In this document: in pieces, positions 22,204 to 34,200 of the stretch | Position numbering within the stretch: the stretch's first letter is position 1 | Layout: each line of letters begins with the position of its first letter | Origin: Paraspadella gotoi | Lineage: Eukaryota; Animalia; Chaetognatha | Direction of reading: 5' to 3' | Assembly (NCBI GenBank): GCA_051294375.1 | Contig: CM119265.1 | Location: 22,588,591-22,652,590 of the forward strand | Length of the DNA stretch: 64,000 bases | The notes under the pieces: model-generated | What the model was told of the DNA's origin: nothing | The model's database searches: none | The model's input: the letters and a program-made list of their open reading frames with translations, nothing else | Position numbers and translations under genes: made by a program

Positions 22204-25200
22204 ATGAATGGACCCGGCTCTAAAACCTCGGACACAATTTCTGGGGATAGAGTGGCTATTCTTGATGCGGGTAAAAAGTTTAAACTTAATCAGTCTCAAT
22301 TATACCCAGGGATTAGTTTTCAACTATAATATTATACTTCCTTAGGTGCACAGTACAGCAAAGTCATCGATCGCCGAGTCAGAGAACTTAATATCTCCTC
22401 AGAAATACTACCATTGGAAACGTCAGCGTTTGCTTTAAAAGTAACAATTTCAAAAATAATGTAAGTTGGTACGAAATACCAATTTCTTCTCTTCGGACTC
22501 AGGAGAACGGGTACAAGTCAATCATCATCTCCGGTGGACCAAATTCTGTCTACGCTGATGATGCCCCTAAATACGATTCGGGAATTTTTAAATGCGGTAT
22601 TCCCATCCTCGGTATCTGCTATGGCATGCAGATGATGAACAAGGGTGAGTAAAAACGAATTATTTCAAGTCACGTGGTTTTTAATCGTCCGATTCCTCGC
22701 TTATTTTGTCTTTTCGCGTCGAGTCGATGTCAGACGTTAGATTCGCCGTATCGTAGGACTTGGATTTAGTAGAGGTTCTCAATGAACTCCTCGATTCGCG
22801 CAGCTCAGGATTCACTCGGGAAACTCGAGGTTTTTCATCAACGCTCGATTCCTGTTTCGAAGATCGATCGTTCCCACTTTTGTCCACGGATTTGCCTCTT
22901 AGTTCCGTTGAGCCCCTTTGTTCGAGTTTCAGAGCTTCGTCGTTCTCCGGTTTCAAACTAATTCTACCCACAGACTTTCTCCCATCTTGCTTCTTATCCC
23001 ACCGACATTGGCCATTCTTATGCCCGCAATCGACCAGCCCCATTTGTAGCTTGTCCATGATCCGACACGTAACGCAGTTTCTGTGTCCGACGGAGCTTCC
23101 GCCACCGTGGGGGTTGTCGTCGCTCTCAGTTGCGTTTTTTTCTTTCCATCGGTTGCAATTTCGATGGCGTAGTTTGCGTAACTCTTCGCGAGCGTCCCTC
23201 AATTGTATTTCCGTTTGCTGAAGGCGAGAGATGAAAGACGGGCATTGATGGAAAAAGTCGCAAAACTTTGCTGGCTAATTTCTTCTTCCACCTGCAACTT
23301 CGCCGCCAGTCTCTCAGATTCTGCGACGACCGACGACCTCTTTGGCGTCTGATTGTCCAGTTTAGGCACCAGTGCCACCATGTCCGACTTCAGTTTGGCG
23401 TTTTCTTGGATGAGCTTTTCCCTCTCCACCACGCACGTCTCGTACTCTCGCAGTCTGTTCGTTAAGTTTCCGGTTTAGAATAGTTTTTTCCCAAGAACAC
23501 TGTCCTTTGTTTTTGGTGACCTTTTTATCAATTCGTTGGCTAACTCCTGATTCTCGTCTTTCCCCGCCTCCGCGATCTGTTCTGTCTCCTCCAACTGCGC
23601 GTCCAATTTGGCCACGAGGTCACGAAGTTGTTCGATATCGCGATCTTTCGCTCTGAAGTCCAGCACGCGTTGAGCAAAACGGGATGAGATTTGTATAAAG
23701 GAATTGCTAGCTTTTTTATTTAACTATAAAAAATGCAGGATTAGATAAAATTCAGATGAGGGGAAATTAATGCCTTTTCTAATAAAACTATCTAAGTCAA
23801 GCTAGATTCGGACACATAACGAAACATTTTTTTTCTTCAAGCACAACTTCAAAATGGCACCCAGAATCCTTTATCTTTTGTCCTTTGTCGGAGTTCTTCC
23901 TTTTCCTTTCGTTCCTCATACAAAATCCTTCGCAGCCGCGCATCCTCCTCTTCCCTTCTCTTGTCCCGCGCTTCAGGCCCGTTCCGCTTCGTCCTAACAT
24001 CGTCCCTTTCCCTTTCGTTCCACGCCTCGACGCAAACCAACCTAACTTCATCCGTCAGATCCGCCACCGTCTCTTTCATAGCACCGACGACGCGACAGTC
24101 GCCGCTCGAGATCCGCTGCTGACTCTCTCGACGCAACTTGCGAATCCGATCATCCCTCTCCGCGATTTTATCTTCGCTGTTCTGATTTGTAAAGGGGGGA
24201 GGCGCTTAATGAAATGAATTTCTCTTTCGATCAATTGTAAGGCTTTTAAAATTATACCTGAAGCCGGTCCATGACGGATTGACGTTCCTTGGCGTACTGC
24301 TCGTACATGACCTTGTACTGTTCTCTTTCCTCGCGCAGTTTTTCGCTGGCGGCTACGTGGTTCTTGATGTCCGCCTTTGCTTCCATGAGTTCGTAGCGGC
24401 AGTCGCAAGTGTGACTCTGGTTGTTGGCGTTCAACTCGGATACGTGCTTCTCGTGTTTCATTTTTATCCTGCAGTTTGTAATTTTTAAAAAATTTATAAT
24501 AAGATTATAGAACAAAATTATGATTTTTCAACGTTGCCGAGTAATGAGTTCATGCTTCTTCCGTAGCTCCTCCGTGAGCTCTTTGATTTTGGCGACCTTG
24601 GCGTCGCATAACATGCAATTCGCGTTGGCGTCCCTGCTGGCCTTGATGGCCGCGTTTTCTACTTGTTTGGCGCGGTCGTTGGCTCGACGCAACTCAAGCT
24701 TGGTCTCGTTGAGGACGTCAGCTTGTTGAGAGAAACGTTGCCGCAGAGTATCGAGGCCCTAGAGTAAAATTTTTGAAGACTTCTTAAAACCTTATAATGG
24801 TTTCGTCCACCTTCCTTTTCAAAATTCACCCTATCAATCGTCTGATGCTGCTTTAACTCCATCTCCAACATTTTGTTCTTTTCCTCCAAATGTTTCACTT
24901 CTTTTTCCAATCTTGTCAGACGTCTGGCGTTGTCGTTTTTGTCTCTTTCCAAAACCGCGTTTTCCCAGGACAGCTTTTTTATGTGCTCCTGTGCCTTTTT
25001 GTTGAGCTCCACTGCGTTTTTCCATTTTTGTTGCAATTCGTTTAAATCTTTGTCGGAGCCCAAGTGGCAGACGGTCTGAACCTCTCCCGACATCATCTCC
25101 TCTTTCAGTCGCGCCAGTCGATCCTGGAGCTCGTCAACGGCGACTCCCGCGTATTTGCCAGAGTTTCGGCGTTCGGTTGACATTTGTGCTATTTTTAATT

Positions 25201-28200
25201 ATATGTGTGGGTTTTTTCGCGATTTTTGTCGGTTCTTTAATTTGTTTGATTAGAAAAGGTGGCAAATGTGTAAGGGTACAATCTATCGGGTTTTTTTTTT
25301 CTGTCACGAAGAAATGAAAAGCGATTGAAGCTTCTTCTTCTACTAGAAAAAAAATATATTCATTTTTTAAATTTAAACAGAGTTCAACGGGACAGTGACG
25401 AAAAAAGCCGCACGAGAGGATGGACAATTCAACATCTCCATTAACCCTTCGTCTCCTCTCTTCAAAGGAATGGGGGCGAAGCAACAAGTTCTTCTTACTC
25501 ACGGAGACTCGATCAATCAAGGTTTTACAATTTTGCCGACTGAGGATTTCCAAAAAGACTGAGCCTAATTCGGCTTTGTTTCTTCAGTTGCCGAAGGGTT
25601 TCGCGTCATCGCCAAGTCGAGCGACATCGTGGCCGGAATCGCCAACGATCAACAAGTAATAAATAAGATCAGTGGAACTATGTATTTTACATTGTACGAA
25701 CTAGTAATCTCTCCCCATCTCCCCTTTCGCCACGGACATTAGAGGTTGTACGGCGTCCAGTTCCACCCCGAAGTGGACCTGAGCGTCAACGGCCGGAAGA
25801 TCCTTGAGAATTTTCTGCTGGATATCTCCGGCGTCGTCGGTTCCTTCACGATGGAAAAGCGAGAGACTCAGTGCATCTCCAGCATCAAACGCCTCGTCGG
25901 CAACAACAAGGTGCTGCTCCTTGTCAGCGGCGGAGTCGATTCCACCGTCTGCGCTGCCTTGTTGCACAAGGCCCTCGACAGGTTGGAAGGACGAGTCGAC
26001 TGGCCATGTGGCCAACCCAAGCCGACAATTAACCGACTTTTCACTATTTCTCACTTAAAGGGATAATGTCTACGCCGTTCACATCGACAACGGGTTCATG
26101 AGAAAGAACGAGAGTCAAACGGTCGAGGAGTCTTTACGAAAACTCGGTCTCAACCTAAGAGTCGTCAACGCCTGGAACCAGTTTTACACTGGCACCACTA
26201 TGATCCCCATGAAACCCGATGAAATCCCCGACGGTGAGGCCCCCTGCAGTCCCTTGATCAAGGTTTAAAAATCCGACATAAATAGTTTACTAATACTTTA
26301 CCATTTCAACTTATTTTTGCCCCAAGGTCTAGGCAACAATTCCCCCGTTCCTTCTCCTCCCGTCCAAGAGACCAGCACCCCGTCTCCCGACCCGGCGCGA
26401 CAGAACGGCGACGTGGAAGCGCCCACCGCCCCTCATGTCTTCAAGAGAAAGAGCCGGCCACTCAACGTCACCGTGGAACCCGAGGAAAAGCGGAAAATTA
26501 TAGGTGTGAAGGATTGCAGACGATCTCATGGGCTGTTTCACTTTTTTAGTTGCGCCGCGAGTGCTCGCGGAGCAACTCTTTAAGTCAGTCCGTCGGTCTG
26601 TCCCAAGATGCTCACAACTGACGTATAGTTGGTTGCTCATTTGTTAAAACAGGAAAAAACCTCAAATCTAATCGGTTTTTAACGCTGCCTTATGAAATTG
26701 GTACAACCAATATAAAAATTATCCATTCATTTAATAAATAAGCTATCTTGCCCCTGACTTTGGACAGGCTTTGGTGGTTTAAGGCCTCCATCACTTAGTT
26801 GCGCCGCGAGTACTATAAGTCACTTTTTGATCAGTCAGTTGGTCTGTCGGTCTGTCCCACTTATGTTAAAAAATGTTCATAACTTGTATATAGTTGGTTG
26901 TTCATTTGTTAAAAAAAGTAAAAAACCTCAAATCTAAGGGTCTGCTAGCGCCGCCTTCAGGAAATTCTAAAACTAAAGAATAAAAGACGGAATTCCAATG
27001 TAGTGCGTGTTATAAATATACGGGTTAAGAAAGTTATTGTAGTCATGTCATGTGAAATACACGTGATAAGGCAGCCACTGCGGCGCAACCAATTGGAATT
27101 ACCGCTCTTGTTTTTTAAAGAAATCTCATATAAACAATACGGTGAGAGTTTTGATTGAAAGTTACAGGGACCTGCTAGTGCTAGGTCATTTTTTTGTAAG
27201 AGTGATGGAAGCCTTAAACAACCAAAGCCTGTCCAAAGTCAGGGTCAAGATGGATTATTCATTAAATGAATGAATAATTTTTATATTGGTTGTACCAATT
27301 TCATAAACAAAAAACAAAAAATAAAAGACGTTATTCCAATGCAGTCGAAAACACACGTAAATACACGGGATACAAAGTCACTGCGGCGCAACACATCATT
27401 TAAATATCCGTTCTTGTTATTCATTTATTTTCGAGCCTACCGGCGAAGCCGGTTCAGGCTCGATATTGTTTCGGGTGAGCTTCTTTGTGACGTTGTCGTT
27501 GTCGGCGTCACGCTTTTATAGTTTTGGCTGGGACTTACCGTTTTTCATCGCATCAATGAATGACTATCATCGTATCAATGAATTATTATCATCACATAAT
27601 TAATTACTATCATCACATCAATCATTTGGTTATCATCACATCGATCATTTGGTTATCATCGCATCAATATTTGGTTATCATCGCATCAATATTTGGTTAT
27701 CATCGCATCAATCATTTGGTTATCATTGAAGGTAGGCTCGATCTTATTCTTTTAAGATTTTTTTCTTTGCATCCAATTCCCCCGCATTTAGGCGATATCT
27801 TTGTCGAAGTCGCTAATCAGGTTATGGTGGACCTACAACTGGACCCCAATCAAGTTTTGTTGGCTCAAGGGACGTTGAGACCGGATCTAATCGAATCCGC
27901 TTCGAAACTAGCCAGTTCCAAAGCGGACGTCATCAAGACTCATCATAACGACAGGTACTTATCTATAGTGAATGATATTAATGTTATCAATAACTACTAC
28001 TTATGTCTCTTTGACATAGTTTTCATACCCGTTTTTAGCGATTTAATCAGGGAACTCCGGGAACGCGGTCGAGTCATTGAGCCTCTCAAAGATTTTCACA
28101 AAGACGAAGTTCGAAAGATCGGACTCGATTTAGGGCTGTCCCCGGATGTCGTTCAGAGGCATCCATTTCCCGGCCCCGGTTCGTATTCGTATTACCTTTA

Positions 28201-31200
28201 AATGAAAAAATAAAGTTTAAATCAGTCATAAATAAGACATAAGTAATCGTCGATAAACTAAAAGGACTCGCGATACGCGTGATCTGCGCCGAGGAGCCCT
28301 TTGTTGGCCGCGACTTCAACGAAACGGCCGGCCTCCTCAAACTTGTAGTCGACTTTGGAAACGCCGTCACGAAACCCCACTCTCTCCTCAACGCCGTCCT
28401 CAACGCCACCAGCGAAGACGAAAGGACTTTCCTCAAAACCGTCACCTCGCCGAACACGAGTCAGTCGGAGGAAAAGACAGAGTATTGGGTCAAATAGCGG
28501 GGAAGAATTTTGCTCCTCCCTTGTTTGCAGAATCAAAAAAAAATCTTTAATTTACTTTTTACCACCAGGAGGCCTCCAAAACGGCGGCGGCGGCGGCGGG
28601 GCCGGTGTCGGTTCCGTGGCGCCGATGTTCGCCCAACTCTTGCCGATCCGCACCGTGGGCGTGCAGGGCGACTGTCGCTCATACAGCTACGTGGCCGCGC
28701 TGAGTTCCGACCGTGAACCGTGCACCGCGTCCGAGTGGAGCGACATTACCAGACTCGCTCAGATCATTCCCAGAGTCTGTCACAATATCAACAGGTCCTT
28801 GGGGTTGTGATTAAGAAGATTGCCCTGAAAACTTATCGTTGAATTCTTTGTATTAATGACATTCCTTTTTAATTTTTGCCAGGGTGGTGTGGGTTTTCGG
28901 TTCCGCGGTCAAGGACCAGATTCTCGACGTCACGCCCACTCGTTTGACCTCCGTCGTACTTAGCAAATTGCGAGAGGCCGACTTTATAGCTCAAAAAATT
29001 CTGCGCGACAGTGGATTTCATCAAAGCATATCGCAGGTGTGGACTGAGGAAGATTAAATTTTATGGTCGGTTCTAAGGGATTCTCATATCGGTCCGCCTC
29101 GCCACGAAATGCCCTTTTCGCATCCCGGCGAATGACTCGAAACCCTCCCTCGCGGTCGCCGCCTCGTCCGACCGCCCAGGTTTTAGGCCTGGATCCGCCC
29201 ATGGACTCGAGTCTCGACACGGACCTTTCCACGCCGGCGCTTCTTCCGGAAGTCCCCGTCGGAGGTCGGCTTCGTCTCCTTCAACCCTTTGGACGACGCT
29301 CGTTGGCGAGACGTCGCCCATTCTCGATAACTTCTCGGGATTTCGCCTCGAGGGGGCGAAGCAGTTCCAGCACGCTTCCTCTTCCCTCGGACGCGACACC
29401 GTCTTTTGGGGCCGAGACCCTTGGTCGACGCGGAGATTGCGGCGGCTTTGGGGAGGACGCCATCGAGGTAGTCCGGTTTCTCGGGTTTCTTTTCCATGTT
29501 TTTCCTCGTTACGAAAGAAAGATGGAGGTGGCGCCCGATTTTGAACTTTAAAAAAGCTCAACTCTCGTTCCTTTCGCCGCCTTATTTCCGGATGGAAGGA
29601 GCCCCGGACGTACGAAGGATGTTTCGACGAGGCGATTGGGGTGCTCGTAGACCTTCGAGATGCTTATCTCCTTCTCCCGATCCACGAGGATCATCCGAAA
29701 TTTTGCCGCTTTTTTGGAAGGGCCCCTCTACCAGTACAGAGTCCTTCCTTTCGGCCTCTCGACGGGCCCTTGGCTTTTCACCAAGACGACGAGGCCCCTT
29801 AGTGCATTGGCTCCGCCCACAGGGGATTCGATGCCTTTTTTTCATGTAGACGCATCTTGATCCTGGGTTCCTCGGCGGACGATTGTCGACGAGCCACTCG
29901 GAAGGCGGTGTGGCTACTCAAGAAGGCGGGGTTCATCATCCACCTTCAGAAGTCGAGCCTGTCTCCCTCTCAGAGCTTCGATTTCCTCGGTTTTGTGGGG
30001 ACAGCCTCCCCACCCCATCGCGCTCCCGGAGACGAAAATACGACTCTTCGCTCTCTCGCGGAGAATCTTTGCCAACGACCGCACCACATGCTCGTCAGTG
30101 CCTTCAGCTCTAGGCCATTCGACGGCGGCGTCCTTGGCAGTACCGCTGCTACGCTGCCGGTTTTCGAGGATTCAACGAGACGTCTATCGTGTCTACAAGT
30201 CGAAGAAGGATCTCGACCGCGTTGTTCCTCTCCACTCGCCGGCGATGGAGGAGCTGCGGTGGATGCAGCCCTCTCTCCAGACCAGTGCTTCGCTCCGATC
30301 GACGACCTCCTCCCGGAGGTCTGCACGCTGGAGGTGACGACGGATGCTTCGTCGCAGGGATGGGGGTTTCTCCATCAGGGCCAACTGTCGAGGGGAACCT
30401 GGTCGACTGCGGATGCCCCTCTCCTTTTCAATGTGAAGGAGTTCACAGTTCTGAGGACCTTCCTCCAACGATTCGGAGCTTCCTTCCACGGCGCGTCCAT
30501 CCTTGGAAGACGGACAGCCTCGTCTCTCTCACCTGCCTTCGTCGGGGCTGCAGCAGGAGTCCATCTCTCTTCGGAGGAGATTCTCATCACAACCGCGGCG
30601 TCGAGGGGCCCAAGGTGGCGGACTGGGAACTCCTTCCGAGAGTTTCCCATCAGTGGTCGACATATTCGGTCTCCCCAGCATCAATTTTTTCGCGACTCCC
30701 CGGTCGGCTCAAGTTCCACGTTTTTTCGCCTGGGAGGCGACGCTGGAGGCGAGGGATAGACGCCTTGGCGCAACGCTGGGTCTTCGACCTGGCCTATCTC
30801 CTTCCTCCCCCTCTTCTGCTGATGATGGTGTCCGCAAGTTGGAGAAGGCGAGGGGCACCTTTCTCCTGATCACCCCGTTTTGGCCGGCTCAGAAGTGGTT
30901 CCAGAGCCTCCTTTTTCCTTCGGTTTCTGGACGCGAGGCGCTTCCGGCGCCGAAAACCTCGTCGTCGACCTCGTGTCCGGGCTTCCACNNNNNNNNNNNN
31001 NNNNNNNNNNNNNNNNNNNNNNNNNNNNNNNNNNNNNNNNNNNNNNNNNNNNNNNNNNNNNNNNNNNNNNNNNNNNNNNNNNNNNNNNNNNNNNNNNNNN
31101 NNNNNNNNNNNNNNNNNNNNNNNNNNNNNNNNNNNNNNNNNNNNNNNNNNNNNNNNNNNNNNNNNNNNNNNNNNNNNNNNNNNNNNNNNNNNNNNNNNNN

Positions 31201-34200
31201 NNNNNNNNNNNNNNNNNNNNNNNNNNNNNNNNNNNNNNNNNNNNNNNNNNNNNNNNNNNNNNNNNNNNNNNNNNNNNNNNNNNNNNNNNNNNNNNNNNNN
31301 NNNNNNNNNNNNNNNNNNNNNNNNNNNNNNNNNNNNNNNNNNNNNNNNNNNNNNNNNNNNNNNNNNNNNNNNNNNNNNNNNNNNNNNNNNNNNNNNNNNN
31401 NNNNNNNNNNNNNNNNNNNNNNNNNNNNNNNNNNNNNNNNNNNNNNNNNNNNNNNNNNNNNNNNNNNNNNNNNNNNNNNNNNNNNNNNNNNNNNNNNNNN
31501 NNNNNNNNNNNNNNNNNNNNNNNNNNNNNNNNNNNNNNNNNNNNNNNNNNNNNNNNNNNNNNNNNNNNNNNNNNNNNNNNNNNNNNNNNNNNNNNNNNNN
31601 NNNNNNNNNNNNNNNNNNNNNNNNNNNNNNNNNNNNNNNNNNNNNNNNNNNNNNNNNNNNNNNNNNNNNNNNNNNNNNNNNNNNNNNNNNNNNNNNNNNN
31701 NNNNNNNNNNNNNNNNNNNNNNNNNNNNNNNNNNNNNNNNNNNNNNNNNNNNNTGTTCGCGCTAGTCGATAGATCGCGCGTTTATCAGAGTAAGAAAAAC
31801 GAACAAAATAACATCGAAAGATGAAAAAAGAAAAACCAGGGAAGCCGTCACTGACCGGCCCTGACCAATGGGAGCCCGGCAAATCCCAAGCCGGCTCCCT
31901 CCCTCATCCGGTAATACGGAAGCCTCAATTCTTTTTTCGCGCTCATCTAGTTCGGTTGTTTCCTTACTAGATTCGCGTTTTTTCTTGACTTTTTCACGAT
32001 TTTCTCGTATATCTACGTTCGAAACCCGCTCATTAGAAGTCATCAAGTAGAGACGAACGTTCGGACAAGAAGTCTGACAGCCGAAAACTTCGGACATGTC
32101 TCTAAACGTAGAGAGGGATTGGAGTCCCTCGGGGGCTCGAGAGGTCCAAAGAGACCGAGCGGTCTCGCCCCCGCCGCCACTGCCCACCGACACCGCCTTC
32201 TCCCCCTTTTACCGTGGTTTTCGGCAGCCGATTCCGTCGGTTTGGGGACTCGGCCCCGTACCAACCGACTTTCCTTGCCCGGCCGAGCGGTGGGGCTTCG
32301 TCCAGGCGCCCTCTCTCGCTGCTCTCGGACCAAGTGGCGGCCGTCTGGTCATCCCCCACTGCCGGATGACGAGACCAGAGGACTGGAGTCTGTCCTTTCG
32401 ACGAGTGTTCGTCGCTGAACAGCTTTAGGAAGGATTCGACGAATTTCGCCGCAGTCTCAGCGGCGTTTCGACGCTTTGGGGCGGTGAGTTTTTCCCGCCA
32501 GATGGCGTATGGGGGTTTTAGCCGTTTTTCAAACGCCTCGCCTCCCTCTTTTGTTTCTCCTTTATTTCTTTCTTTCTTTTTTCGAATTATTCGATTTTGG
32601 AATTTTAGAATTTTTATTTCGTCTGATTCGATCGAAATATTTTTGTTGAAATAACCGCTTTCCTCCGCCTCTTGGCATGGGGCATTTCGTGGCGAGGCGG
32701 ACCGATATGAGAATTTAATTCCTTTATGGAATATTAATTCTATATCGGTCCGCCTCGCCACGATCCCACCGTCCGCCCCTTTTTGTCTCCTACCATGTTT
32801 TTTCGTGGCTTTGGCGTGGCTTAGGGAAAGGGGGTTGGGGAGAAGGGAGGGTTCGGGGTAGTTTTTCCGTTTAATTCTCGCGCTAATTTGTTTACCGCTT
32901 ACGTTTTTTTACATGTGACGATTCCATATCGGTCCGGTTTTCTCTCCACTACGCTTCGCCTCGTTTGACGAGTCTCGAATTCCTTCCATGCTGTTCTGAC
33001 TCCAGTAGGCGGCCCCCTCTCAGATCGGCGCCCGCCTCGGACCGTCACACGGTCTCGCCTCTACCCAGACGTCATCGATCCCACACAGTGCCGGATCCGG
33101 ACGCCAAGTACTCCTCCGATTCGGCGGAGGAGGGAGAAGTTTCGTCTTCGGATGACGACGTCGGCGGTTTTCGACGGCTTCCTGCCCACGAGCAGGTCGG
33201 CGCCGGTTCCAGGTTCGTGACATGTGGCGTTCTCTTCGCTGCGTTGGGAAGGGTCTTCCTCACGGCCAACTGGAACTCGCTGGGACGCCCAGCGATCGGC
33301 AGTATACGCCACTGATCGACGTCGCTTCTCCTCCGGAGTTCACCGCTCCGACGCCGGACAGTGCCTCTCCGCTCAATTCGAGTCGGCGTTTTCCAAAGGA
33401 ATAACGCGGCTACTCTCCGCTCCTTTCACGTGCATGCAGGAGAACGGCGCTACCGCGCTGCCATTTACAGTTGTCGATGAGCTGCGCGGAATCAAGGAGG
33501 CTCTCCGTTCCGGCTCGTCCAGAAATGAGGTCAGCGCTAGCGTTGACGCCCTTGCCGCCCCGCTTCGCGACGCGGCTCTTATTCAAGCGGCGTCCCTCAA
33601 CCTTTCAGTCGGCGAGATCCGCCGCCAAGTACTGCTGTGGCGCCGCAGGATCTCCGCGCCACGCTTCTCGCTCCGCGCCCACCGCATCTTCCTTTTTTGT
33701 ATCAGGAAGCGCAGGTGGAGTCGGCGCTCATTCGACGCTTCTACGAAACGTCGCTCGCGCCAAACCGCTGCCGACAAGCGCCCTCGTTCGCTCGAAGTCT
33801 TTCTTCAAGCGCAAGTGGACCAAGAAGTCTGTTCCCCGCAAGAAGTCGGGAGACGGGAAGGGCCGGGACTCGCTCCCGGCGAATGACTCGAAACCCTCCC
33901 TCGCGGTCGCCGCCTCGTCCGACCGCCCAGGTTTTAGGCCTGGATCCGCCATGGACTCGAGTCTCGACACGACCTTTCCACGCCGGCGCTTCTTCCGGAA
34001 GTCCCCGTCGGAGGTCGGCTTCGTCTCCTTCAACCCTTTGGACGACGCTCGTTGGCGAGACGTCGCCCATTCTCGATAACTTCTTCGGATTCTCCTCGAG
34101 GGGGCGAAGGCCAGCACCGCAAGCGGATCGCTTCAGGCTCGTCGTCTGGAGGATGTTGGGCGGTGCCACAATCTCTCCGACATCGACGACTCCACCTTCT

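Noticed and set aside
30503-31882. ORFs of 314-420 aa in the ORF track
   Set aside because: Artefacts of translating through the N gap.
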